Virus record (IMG/VR): IMGVR_UViG_3300006131_000033
Strand: one strand, 5' to 3'
DNA length: 40,509 nucleotides
DNA from: a virus
The position numbers and the translations under genes were made by a program. Of the stretch, positions 33,253 to 40,509 are shown piece by piece (position 1 is the stretch's first letter; each line of letters opens with the position of its first letter). The notes below the pieces were generated by a model. It worked only from the letters and a program-made list of their open reading frames with translations, made no database searches and was not told the DNA's origin.

Positions 33253-34368
33253 TCAAGCCTCCTTGTAGGCGTCAAGCCATTTGTGATAGACCGCATCATC
33301 GGCCAGCTTATGCCGCTCGAAGGTCTGGAAGGTTTTGGGGACAATGTCAGGAATTGCAATCCGCATATCCTCCCACTCCCGATACCGTTCCAGCCAATGC
33401 CGCCGGCCGGCTTCTTTTTTGCGGTATGCCTCAATGGCCTTTTTGCTCCTCGGGTCCACCGTGTAAGGGTTTTGTACCGGGGAAGAAAACCGCTCAATCT
33501 TCTCAATTTCCTCCCGGCTTCGTCCTGCGGCCGTCCATGGTATAATCACACAACGGCAGTTGGGATGAATGTTCAGCCAGGTATTGGTCAGCTCATTGGG
33601 TCCGTTTTTATCCACCTTCCCAAAGGCGTCAGCCAGCGGCGGAAATTTTGGGTCCTTTCCGCTTTTGGAATAGACCCGGTTTTGATAAGGGGCGCATAGA
33701 CCACATGGGTCTGATGCGCCCTTGATGGTGTAAAGGTCATGGTCCGGGTCCTGTGTCAGAACCGCCAAAACCTCTGCCTGCCGGATGGTGGTGCGGGTGA
33801 CCATGGAAGCGTATGTATGCAGCCGCCACCGCCGGCCGGCCTTATCCACAAAGGCGGTCAGGCCCTCCCGCTGAAGGTCGGCTACAAAAGAATTGATATT
33901 TCTCCTCGACCCGGTGCCGGCGGCTCTGACTTTAGTGGCATGGGTCAGGCCGATTTCCCGCCAAACATCGGGCTTGTCCCGGCCGACAATGTAATCCGCC
34001 AGAGATTGATAGGCCGTATCCGCCGCTTCGTCTAACTCCGCCATAAGGGAGATGAGCAGCCGGTCAACGATCTGATGCTGTACCCCGGTCAAAGCCCCGG
34101 CCGCCATATATGCCCGCAAAGCGGCCCTGGCCGTTGTCGGCATGGTCCGGGCCTCCGGGTGATAGGCGTAAAACTCATATTCGATGGCCTTCGGGGACCA
34201 CTCCCACGCCTCGGTCTTCATGCTGTTCAGTATCTGGCGTACCCGCTTCAGAGCGGCCACGACATGATAATCGGCAAACCCCAGAGAGCGAAGCCGGGCT
34301 ATCTCGTTGATGATGTCGCTTTCGGTCTTCAGGTACAGCTTGATCAGCTTATCGCGGTACTCGTTCAT
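33253..34368 (-). CDS. Minor head protein, SPP1 gp7 / Mu F-like
   Basis: DKAGRRWRLHTYASMVTRTT and NIHPNCRCV motifs. Confidence 0.8.
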   Translation of the reverse strand: MNEYRDKLIKLYLKTESDIINEIARLRSLGFADYHVVAALKRVRQILNSMKTEAWEWSPKAIEYEFYAYHPEARTMPTTARAALRAYMAAGALTGVQHQIVDRLLISLMAELDEAADTAYQSLADYIVGRDKPDVWREIGLTHATKVRAAGTGSRRNINSFVADLQREGLTAFVDKAGRRWRLHTYASMVTRTTIRQAEVLAVLTQDPDHDLYTIKGASDPCGLCAPYQNRVYSKSGKDPKFPPLADAFGKVDKNGPNELTNTWLNIHPNCRCVIIPWTAAGRSREEIEKIERFSSPVQNPYTVDPRSKKAIEAYRKKEAGRRHWLERYREWEDMRIAIPDIVPKTFQTFERHKLADDAVYHKWLDAYKEA

Positions 34369-34390
34369 ATTTCACCACCCGAAAATGGGT

Positions 34391-34424
34391 ATAAGAAAAG
34401 CACAGGCTTTTAAGCTCTGTGCTT
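34391..34424 (-). terminator. Terminator-like hairpin after the YjcQ-like gene, inside the late operon
   Basis: Minus strand: AAGCACAG-11nt-CTGTGCTT followed by TTCTTAT. Confidence 0.45.
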
Positions 34425-34434
34425 CACTTTAGGA

Positions 34435-34788
34435 TTATAAATGCTCTATAACGGTTTCCACTATCTCGGAAGCGCTCCCCAGATGCTCTCCCACTTTTCG
34501 CATAAGGGAGTTTTCCTCAAGATAGGCAATTCCGGCTGGGGTGATTTTAAGCCCGGTCGTCTCTTTCAGGGTTTCACGTCTCCCTATCTGTTTTTGAATG
34601 GCTAACCCGGATATCAGTCCATCTTTTAACGCATTGGACAGGAGGAAAAAGAAGTAATCCTCGCCCACCGGAAAATCCTTACTCCTTGGGGCTAAAATAT
34701 TAAAATCCGGCTTTCGGTCCTCTTTCAAGCATCGGTAGAGGTATTTCAGCAGCTTATAGAGCATGGGGAAATAGTCGTCTTTCGCCAT
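34435..34788 (-). CDS. YjcQ-family (winged-helix) protein
   Basis: YKLLKYLYRCLKEDRKPDF...FLLSNALKDGLISGL...ITPAGIAYLEENS resembles the YjcQ family. The region is AT-richer than its flanks. Confidence 0.55.
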   Translation of the reverse strand: MAKDDYFPMLYKLLKYLYRCLKEDRKPDFNILAPRSKDFPVGEDYFFFLLSNALKDGLISGLAIQKQIGRRETLKETTGLKITPAGIAYLEENSLMRKVGEHLGSASEIVETVIEHL

Positions 34789-34800
34789 TCCTAATACACC

Positions 34801-35058
34801 TCAATCGTCTTCATCATCCATCAAAAGTTCTTCCTGGGTAATACCGTATAATCCAGGTTTAAGTAACTTTAACAGCTCCCAAAATGGAGCCTCCGGGTGT
34901 GCAGTCCCGTAATCGATAATTTCCTGTGCAGATCCATCGATACACGCCCCATACACAAGCATCTCTACATCTTCCTCAAGAACCTTATCTTTTTTTAACT
35001 CTCCTTGACCGATATACCGCTTAAGAAATTCTCTTAACTTCTTCTCCAACACTAACAT
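34801..35058 (-). CDS. Small acidic hypothetical protein
   Basis: 85 aa ending in MDDEDD. AT-rich insert between the portal and minor head genes. The exact start (ATG 35058 or GTG 35052) is uncertain. Confidence 0.5.
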   Translation of the reverse strand: MLVLEKKLREFLKRYIGQGELKKDKVLEEDVEMLVYGACIDGSAQEIIDYGTAHPEAPFWELLKLLKPGLYGITQEELLMDDEDD

Positions 35059-35067
35059 TCCTTCCCG

Positions 35068-36786
35068 TTATTTTATCTTCGTTACCCATACTGTTTTAAA
35101 GCCGCCATATCCGTCAGCTTCTACTGTATATTGAGCGTGCGTGGTTCTTATTGTTCGTACTTCTCCCGCCTGAATACCCGGATACCGGGTATTCAATAGC
35201 CCTGTCAGTCTGGCGTAAGTCTTCGGCTTTAGCTGGATACCTGACTTATCCCGCTGCGGCGACGGGGCATATTTGGTTTTTCCTATTTTACCACTTATTC
35301 CAGTGGATGTCCAGCGTCCCCCTTCATCTCTTGGCTGACCAGGATCGTAGTCGATGGTCAGCCCGTCTTCAAAAGGGACCGCTCCCTCTCCCCATATTCC
35401 CGCAGTCGGGTCCTTCAGTGCCGTATCGTCCTTCCATGTCACGCCGGCAGCGGCATTGATGTCATCATCGGATATGCTTCCAAACATTCCGGTTTCATCG
35501 GACAGCTGTTTAAGCTCGTACATGGCGGTCTTCTTATCCAGCAAGCCGGACTGATATGCGCCAATGATGGTGTCCGCCTTTTTGTTAGCGATATTGGCAA
35601 GCTCATCCGCCGTAGGCGTCCATAACGGCGGGAACTGGATATCGTATGTATCCGGAACATACCCGATGGCGGACATAAAGATAACGGGCATCAGCTGCTC
35701 CAGAATAGGGCGAAGGTCGCTTTCCCGTTTCGTGTCCACATAATCGTAGTAGTTCTTCAGGTCACTCTCCCCTGTGGCATTCATGCCGGCAGGAGATCGC
35801 CCGAAAAGTTTCGTCACCGGGATACGGGTTGCACCCGAAAGGTCGAGACACATACTGTCATAGACATCTTTCAGCCCTGTGAAGGTGTACTGATTGTTCT
35901 GGAATTTATCATCCCTGTTCATCAGCTGAAGGCCAAAATTGGACTTGACCACGCTGATGGCCTGCATGGTTTCCCAGAATCGTCTCAGCTGCTCTTTGCC
36001 TCCTACGCTGATAAGCTGTTCCAGATTCTCAACGCTCATGATGTCCGTGTTCGCCCGGAATGTAAGATTGGCCATGTTGGCAGACACATTATCGTGTTTC
36101 TTGATATCTTCAAAGATGGCCTCGATCTCGCTCTCGCCCCAGTACATCTCTGCCACCTGCTCCAAAAACGGCAGCTCCCGGCCGGTAAACCGGATGATGC
36201 GGGAATGGTGGACGTGAGCCACGGTCTCCCCTCTGGCGTTCGTGATGTCATACCACATCGGCAGATTGAAATCACGGTCACCGGGGTCGTTTACGATTTC
36301 CATTCCCGGGGTAATTCCGCTCCATCTGTCCAGAATATAAAGCCCCTGAAACGAACCCGGCAGGACCGCAGAAAGGTCCAGCGGCTCCGACAGATCATCC
36401 TGTCCTTTGACTAGAATAAGCCCGGCAGCACCGCCATAAAGCCTCCCCCAGCAAAGTCCCCTGTTCAGTTTGTCCCTCAGCTGTGTATTGCGAAATACCC
36501 GGCTGATCTCGTCCATACTGTCGGGGGCAATGTCTCCCGTCAGATTGAACCACTCCCGAAGCATATCGTCCGGGATGATCTCAACGACATTCTGCACCAC
36601 CCAATTCCCCCGATAGAGAGAGTTGAGCAGTGCGTAGTTGTCTGTCATTCTGGTCAGCGGATACTCGGTCGCCTCAATAGGCGCCTGACTTCCCAGCCCA
36701 AGCCGGAAGAGAGCGTTGGAAAATGCGTCCAGCGTCATAACCTGCCCGGTGTCGGCTTTTTCGGATTCTTTATGTCTTCGGCTCAC
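35068..36786 (-). CDS. Portal protein
   Basis: 572 aa directly after the large terminase gene (4-nt overlap). The N-terminal region resembles DUF1073-type portals. Confidence 0.8.
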   Translation of the reverse strand: MSRRHKESEKADTGQVMTLDAFSNALFRLGLGSQAPIEATEYPLTRMTDNYALLNSLYRGNWVVQNVVEIIPDDMLREWFNLTGDIAPDSMDEISRVFRNTQLRDKLNRGLCWGRLYGGAAGLILVKGQDDLSEPLDLSAVLPGSFQGLYILDRWSGITPGMEIVNDPGDRDFNLPMWYDITNARGETVAHVHHSRIIRFTGRELPFLEQVAEMYWGESEIEAIFEDIKKHDNVSANMANLTFRANTDIMSVENLEQLISVGGKEQLRRFWETMQAISVVKSNFGLQLMNRDDKFQNNQYTFTGLKDVYDSMCLDLSGATRIPVTKLFGRSPAGMNATGESDLKNYYDYVDTKRESDLRPILEQLMPVIFMSAIGYVPDTYDIQFPPLWTPTADELANIANKKADTIIGAYQSGLLDKKTAMYELKQLSDETGMFGSISDDDINAAAGVTWKDDTALKDPTAGIWGEGAVPFEDGLTIDYDPGQPRDEGGRWTSTGISGKIGKTKYAPSPQRDKSGIQLKPKTYARLTGLLNTRYPGIQAGEVRTIRTTHAQYTVEADGYGGFKTVWVTKIK

Positions 36787-38018
36787 AGCTCAAACCTCCA
36801 TTCCGGGAGAGAATTGACTTTGTACCGCAAGGCATCCGCACTATGGTCGGATTCCTTCACCGGCTTCTCCACCCCGTGGAGGGCGGCTTTTTCGTCCCAA
36901 AGATAAGTTCCCATCTCGTCAATGAGACAGGAACAGGAATTGTGTATCTTGATTCGTCTTTTGGCCAGCAGGTTGGAAACTTTGCGAATGCCTTCCAGAA
37001 CCTCATTGTTTGCCGGTCTCACATAGAAGCCCCGGCGCCGGCACTCCGCAATGAACGATGCCGCAGACGGGTCTATAATAAGCTCGCAGGGGTTGGATGT
37101 CCCCATGAACTTCTCCAGATCATCCGCATATTCAGTGTCCGTTTTCTGCCTGTACTCTTTCCGGCTGTCCCAGTTATACTCCCGGTCCACATACAGCGTT
37201 CCATCATAATCGTAAATGTCCAAAAAGCGGGTCGGGTTGGTTGTGCCGTAGTCGATGGCGATAGTTCGCTGGCCGGTCCATTCCAGGTCAACAGGCCTCT
37301 GCCCATCAGTGTAGACATTTTCGTCCTCGTTGAACATATCGTAAATCACGCCCTCAGAAATACACCACTCGCCCAGAACAAACCGCTTATAAAACACACC
37401 GCTGAACATTGAGCGGTAGCGCTCTTTTGTGGCCTCGTCCAAAGACGGGTTATCATCCATCAGGAAGTGAAGATGCATCGCCTTGTGTTTCTCCAGCTCC
37501 AGTATCCACTCCTGCCGGAACCAGTGCCGGGGATTTTCCGGGTTGCAGTTGAACCACAGCTTTGAACCGGTCACCGAGCACCGGGCAAGAGCCTGTTCCA
37601 CAAATGACCGGGGCATAAGAGCCACCTCGTCCAAAAGTACGCCGGCCAGAGTAACGCCCTGGATAAGAGATGCGCTGCTTTCATCCTTGCCGCCGAAGAG
37701 ATAAAAAATGTTCTCTTTGTCTCCCTGCTTCACAGAAAGAGCGTGTGCGCTGCGGCTGTACTGCAATTCAAACTGCTCCCGCAGATACCCAACACCCAGA
37801 AGCGGGTTGATGATATTTCTCTCTACGGCGCCCACAGACTTCCCGCAGAACGCAAAAGAACGGTGATTGAAACACCGCATAGCCCAAAGGATGAAAGAGA
37901 CAGACATGATAGATGTCTTTCCGCTTCTGACCGCCCCATCGCAGATAAGGGCATCATAGTTCAGAAATGGAAACAGGAGGATTTGTGCCTGCTTGTCCGA
38001 TAGTGGCTTAATTCCCAT
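36783..38018 (-). CDS. terL: Terminase large subunit
   Basis: Walker A is DGAVRSGKTS. 411 aa. It overlaps both the small subunit and portal genes. Confidence 0.9.
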   Translation of the reverse strand: MGIKPLSDKQAQILLFPFLNYDALICDGAVRSGKTSIMSVSFILWAMRCFNHRSFAFCGKSVGAVERNIINPLLGVGYLREQFELQYSRSAHALSVKQGDKENIFYLFGGKDESSASLIQGVTLAGVLLDEVALMPRSFVEQALARCSVTGSKLWFNCNPENPRHWFRQEWILELEKHKAMHLHFLMDDNPSLDEATKERYRSMFSGVFYKRFVLGEWCISEGVIYDMFNEDENVYTDGQRPVDLEWTGQRTIAIDYGTTNPTRFLDIYDYDGTLYVDREYNWDSRKEYRQKTDTEYADDLEKFMGTSNPCELIIDPSAASFIAECRRRGFYVRPANNEVLEGIRKVSNLLAKRRIKIHNSCSCLIDEMGTYLWDEKAALHGVEKPVKESDHSADALRYKVNSLPEWRFEL

Positions 38019-38421
38019 GCTGCTTTATCCACTCCTTTAGGGAGGCCGTAAGTGGGTCGTCTTCTCTATCCTGATGGCCAGATCCGGATTTCGGCTCAAA
38101 TACTCCGAGGTGCTTGCCCAGCAATTCCAACACACGGATTTTGTTGGAAAACTTCAGAGGGCTGTCCGTGTAATCTGCGGCGGTCATTTCGGCAATCTCT
38201 TTGAGCTTATCGACCACATAGTCACCATCAAGCTGGGTCCGTTCCTGCCTTTTCTGAAATTCCTTTGTTATCACTTCCTGGATCTCCGGCATTTGAAGCA
38301 GTTTGTACCCCTGCTGTGCGGCCGTTTTCTTACTGTATCCGGCTCTCACAGCGGCGGCCGTGGCGTTGAAGTCCACCGTGTACTCGGCAACAAACCGCTG
38401 TTGTTTCGGCGTCAACGCCAC
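38008..38421 (-). CDS. terS: Terminase small subunit (Terminase_2-like)
   Basis: LTPKQQRFVAEYTVDFNATAAAVRAGYSKKTAAQQGYKLL is the family signature. Confidence 0.88.
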   Translation of the reverse strand: MALTPKQQRFVAEYTVDFNATAAAVRAGYSKKTAAQQGYKLLQMPEIQEVITKEFQKRQERTQLDGDYVVDKLKEIAEMTAADYTDSPLKFSNKIRVLELLGKHLGVFEPKSGSGHQDREDDPLTASLKEWIKQHGN

Positions 38422-38451
38422 GCATACTCACCACCTCACACGTTCAGATGT

Positions 38452-38528
38452 TGGTGCTGCCACCCGGATTTGAACCGGGAACCTATGAACCAACCCATCC
38501 ACCGCTCTACCTGTTGAGCTATGGCAGC
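38452..38528 (-). tRNA. tRNA-like gene with a non-canonical anticodon arm (isotype not assignable)
   Basis: Minus-strand sequence is GCTGCCA-TA-GCTC-AACAGGTA-GAGC-G-GTGGA-TGGGTTGG-TTCAT-AGGTT-CCCGG-TTCAAAT-CCGGG-TGGCAGC-A-CCA. The acceptor, D and T arms are perfect and CCA is encoded. The only foldable anticodon stem has two G-U pairs and an 8-nt loop without U33. Confidence 0.6.
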
Positions 38529-38559
38529 ATAAAGGCGGCAGGTCTGCATACCCGCCGCC
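38529..38559 (-). terminator. Terminator-like hairpin directly upstream of the tRNA-like gene
   Basis: Minus strand: GGCGGCGGGT-ATGCAG-ACCTGCCGCC (10 bp including one G-U pair) followed by TTTAT. Confidence 0.45.
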
Positions 38560-38656
38560 CACGGAAGGAGAAGGCCCGATATTCATACCGCCTCGGAGCA
38601 GGGCGGCGAAGAAAAGTCGATGGTGCAGCCCCTCTTCGGTGCTACACCACGATAGC

Positions 38657-38665
38657 ATTATAGCA
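38657..38665 (-). promoter_or_regulatory. Candidate late promoter (extended -10, weak -35)
   Basis: Minus strand TGCTATAAT, about 40 nt downstream of the late-regulator stop. Confidence 0.45.
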
Positions 38666-38702
38666 CAGAAAAACGGTGAAAATCTGCCATCTTTTTCCCA
38701 GC

Positions 38703-39197
38703 TTATTCCAGTAGGCCCCGGTGAAGTGCCACCAACAGAATGAAATCCCGGTGCCACCTCCACGCCGTCCTCTCGCTGATATTGACCTTTTCTCCAGCCT
38801 CATACAGTCTCAATCCCTGGTTCGGCTGCCTAGGCCAGTAGACAAGGCCAATGAGCCGCAGCCGCTCCCTCCCGTCCTTCCGCCGCATGGTGGCCCGGAT
38901 AGCCGCCTCCACAGCGTCAAGGCTCCGCTGTTCGGTCTGGGTCAGTTCCCGGGTGGCAACATCCTCAGTAGCACGGGAGGGAGTGCCGCTACCCGGCACT
39001 CCCGTATAGTTCGCTGTCATATTCGATTCATGCAGCGCCCAGTAACGGGCCAGATACGCTGGATACATCCGCACGATATTCCGGCAGAACCCCCACCACG
39101 GCTCCCTTGTTGTATTCACACAAACCGCCTCCCATGTCAAAGCCGCATGTTGTTTCGCCGTGCCACTTTCTGCAGTAAATCGGAACGGCATAATCAT
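38703..39197 (-). CDS. Late-gene transcriptional regulator (RinA/ArpU-like, sigma region-4-like HTH)
   Basis: IVRMYPAYLARYWAL..MTANYTGVPGSG..ATEDVA..RERLRLIGLVYW...ISERTAWRWHRDFILLVALHRGLL. Last gene before the packaging module. Start is uncertain (ATG 39197, or GTG 39119 after GGGAGG). Confidence 0.5.
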   Translation of the reverse strand: MIMPFRFTAESGTAKQHAALTWEAVCVNTTREPWWGFCRNIVRMYPAYLARYWALHESNMTANYTGVPGSGTPSRATEDVATRELTQTEQRSLDAVEAAIRATMRRKDGRERLRLIGLVYWPRQPNQGLRLYEAGEKVNISERTAWRWHRDFILLVALHRGLLE

Positions 39198-39396
39198 AAT
39201 AAAATTTTGTCGATGGACCCCTCAAACCACATGTGTAAATCAATTTGCCATCCGACCCCCGTTCTACAAGCTCACAATGCGCACAGGTTTTACAGTTATG
39301 CTCTGTTTTGCATCTCTTCCGAAGCCAATAGGCCGAACTGCCGCCGATAAAGGCGACGGCGGTCAAGCCCTGGATCAAAGCATACATATCTACCAT
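39028..39396 (-). CDS. Small membrane-anchored Cys-rich hypothetical protein
   Basis: N-terminal TM segment LIQGLTAVAFIGGSSAYWL followed by CKTCAHC...YTCG...YCRKW. The 3' end overlaps the next ORF. Confidence 0.5.
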   Translation of the reverse strand: MVDMYALIQGLTAVAFIGGSSAYWLRKRCKTEHNCKTCAHCELVERGSDGKLIYTCGLRGPSTKFYYDYAVPIYCRKWHGETTCGFDMGGGLCEYNKGAVVGVLPEYRADVSSVSGPLLGAA

Positions 39397-39412
39397 TTTC
39401 TTTTCTCCTTTC

Positions 39413-39547
39413 TCACCCCCTGAACCGGGACATGTCCCTCATATACCGGTCAAAGGCCTTCCACTTCTGCCGGGTGTTTTTCCATGTTCGGTTCTCATAC
39501 AGCCACCGAAGAGCCCTTATGTACCACTCAATTTTATAAATCCACAT
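39413..39547 (-). CDS. Possible small Trp/Arg-rich protein (44 aa)
   Basis: ATG 39547 after GGAGGTAACCGCCT. Translation is MWIYKIEWYIRALRWLYENRTWKNTRQKWKAFDRYMRDMSRFRG. It is below the ORF-track cutoff. Confidence 0.4.
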   Translation of the reverse strand: MWIYKIEWYIRALRWLYENRTWKNTRQKWKAFDRYMRDMSRFRG

Positions 39548-39553
39548 AGGCGG

Positions 39554-39859
39554 TTACCTCCACAAATCAGGCAAAACGGCCTTCATGGCCGCAAACGGCA
39601 GAGGGATATTGGTAAAATCCTCGTCGTCGACACCAGCAATGATAATATCCCCGCAGAAGTCGACCCCGCAAATGGTGCAGTTATGCGGCAGCCCCAGCCG
39701 CCGGCCTTCTTCGTTGCAGATGACCACCAGATCATCCGCCAGAGTAACAGTCTCGATATTGCCGCCCACATATGCCTGCAAGTTCTCCAGTGTGGGCGTA
39801 ACCCACACAGACGCCGGCTTACCGCCGGGCCTCTTGGTAATGACCTGAATCTTGTCCAT
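39554..39859 (-). CDS. DUF3846-domain protein
   Basis: Start moved to ATG 39859 (ATGA overlap). LENLQAYVGGNIETVTL..DLVVICNEEGRRLGLPHN matches the DUF3846 pattern. Confidence 0.65.
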   Translation of the reverse strand: MDKIQVITKRPGGKPASVWVTPTLENLQAYVGGNIETVTLADDLVVICNEEGRRLGLPHNCTICGVDFCGDIIIAGVDDEDFTNIPLPFAAMKAVLPDLWR

Positions 39860-40110
39860 CACTTCGCCTCCTCGTCCATCTTCGCCCCGCAGTTGGGGCA
39901 ATAGTTGTATTTGCAAGCGTTCTGCCATCCACAGCAGGAGCAACGCTTAATCATTCTGTTTTTGCGACTTGGGTCATCGTATGGGTTGGTTGGCTCAAGC
40001 AGCCATCTCCCATGCCGCAAGGTTCTCATTGCTTGTGATTGATACCCTGTCCCACACATCGCAAAAAGCATTTCTTCCAATGCCGCATCCCGGTCAATAT
40101 ATTCAGGCAT
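39859..40110 (-). CDS. Small protein with a C-terminal zinc ribbon
   Basis: CSCCG...YCPNCGAKM. 83 aa. Confidence 0.6.
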   Translation of the reverse strand: MPEYIDRDAALEEMLFAMCGTGYQSQAMRTLRHGRWLLEPTNPYDDPSRKNRMIKRCSCCGWQNACKYNYCPNCGAKMDEEAK

Positions 40111-40509
40111 TTTCCGCCGCCTCCCTCAGTGCCGTCTCTGCCTCCGCCTTGGTTTGATACACATCCTCACTTGGGAATACCATAAGGGTTGTGTCGTAGC
40201 CTTCTACTGTTTCCTGCATATGATAACTCAAAGTTTTTTCTGCCTCCGTCATGCCATTGATATAGGCAGAAGCAATAATAAACCCCAGCACCTCTGCCAA
40301 AAACATAGAGCCTGCCACATCAAGGGCTTCACCATACTCATCCCGCTCTATCGCCCAAACACAGTCACCGTGGTTGAAACGAGATACCACCAGCCGCCCG
40401 TCCTTCTCGGCCTGGGCAAGCTCGGCTACCCGCTCCGGCTCCAGCCCGGTGTCCTCGTAGGCGGCGAGGCGGCAATACACTTTTGGCACAATACATCCTT
40501 TTGTGCAGC
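40103..40509 (-). CDS. C-terminal part of the junction-spanning hypothetical protein (see 1..174)
   Basis: The frame is open to the window end. The GTG at 40489 in the ORF track is an internal codon of the 167-aa protein that starts at position 174 of the circle. Confidence 0.6.
   Translation of the reverse strand, partial: CTKGCIVPKVYCRLAAYEDTGLEPERVAELAQAEKDGRLVVSRFNHGDCVWAIERDEYGEALDVAGSMFLAEVLGFIIASAYINGMTEAEKTLSYHMQETVEGYDTTLMVFPSEDVYQTKAEAETALREAAENA
40433..40509. repeat. Terminal direct repeat, copy 2 (circularisation overlap)
   Basis: Identical to nt 1-77. Confidence 0.95.

Larger units (their letters stand above)
1..40509. mobile_element. Complete circularly closed temperate myovirus-like phage genome (unique length 40,432 bp plus 77-bp assembly overlap)
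   Basis: nt 1-77 are identical to nt 40433-40509 and a gene reads in frame across the junction. Lysogeny, early/recombination/replication, packaging, head, Xkd-type contractile tail and lysis modules are all present. Confidence 0.85.

Noticed and set aside
25131-33268. Four very long plus-strand ORFs (25131-26774, 26714-28324, 29916-31688, 32000-33268) antisense to tail and head genes
   Set aside because: All are shadow frames of well-supported minus-strand structural genes (tape measure, tube, sheath, capsid, scaffold). Their translations are low-complexity and lack start signals.
38428-38763. 111-aa minus-strand ORF spanning the late leader
   Set aside because: It reads straight through the tRNA-like gene and the GC-rich hairpins. 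This is better explained as non-coding leader RNA.

Overview
The window is a complete, circularly closed genome of a temperate contractile-tail phage. Nt 1-77 are identical to nt 40433-40509, so the unique length is 40,432 bp, and one gene reads in frame across the junction. Nearly all genes are on the minus strand. The exceptions are a plus-strand lysogeny operon (XRE repressor, ImmA protease, membrane-anchored tandem Mrr-like nuclease, DinD-like protein, tyrosine integrase) and a plus-strand toxin-antitoxin cassette. Reading the minus strand from the divergent switch at 9637-9790, the order is as follows. First come the early genes: Cro-like regulator, membrane lytic transglycosylase, winged-helix protein, C5 and N6/N4 DNA methyltransferases, MazG-like protein, PD-(D/E)XK exonuclease, ERF recombinase, replisome-organizer-like and G39P-like loader genes flanking an iteron array, and RusA. 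Next, across the junction, come small Cys-rich proteins, DUF3846 and a late regulator. Then comes a late leader with a tRNA-like gene, followed by terminase small and large subunits, portal, head genes, and a PBSX/Xkd-type tail (sheath, tube, chaperone with -1 frameshift, tape measure, baseplate). Last are the tail fibre, endolysin and holin. attP lies next to int and carries a tRNA/tmRNA-like 3' end. The most interesting observations are these. (1) The tail-fibre C-terminus has a Mu G-segment-like invertible architecture (95-bp inverted repeats and a silent, frameshifted alternative cassette), but no invertase gene is present. (2) A 4-TM tandem Mrr_cat nuclease sits in the lysogeny operon and is a candidate exclusion or defence gene. 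(3) Two autonomous morons split the baseplate operon: a P22 immI-like RHH-antirepressor unit and a PanA(DUF4065)-MazF-like toxin-antitoxin pair. (4) A tRNA-like gene with canonical acceptor, D and T arms but an aberrant 8-nt anticodon loop sits in the late leader behind a promoter and terminator hairpin. (5) A plus-strand promoter, a GNRA-capped hairpin cluster and a terminator are embedded antisense in the early operon. All family assignments come from motif recognition by eye; no database search was run.
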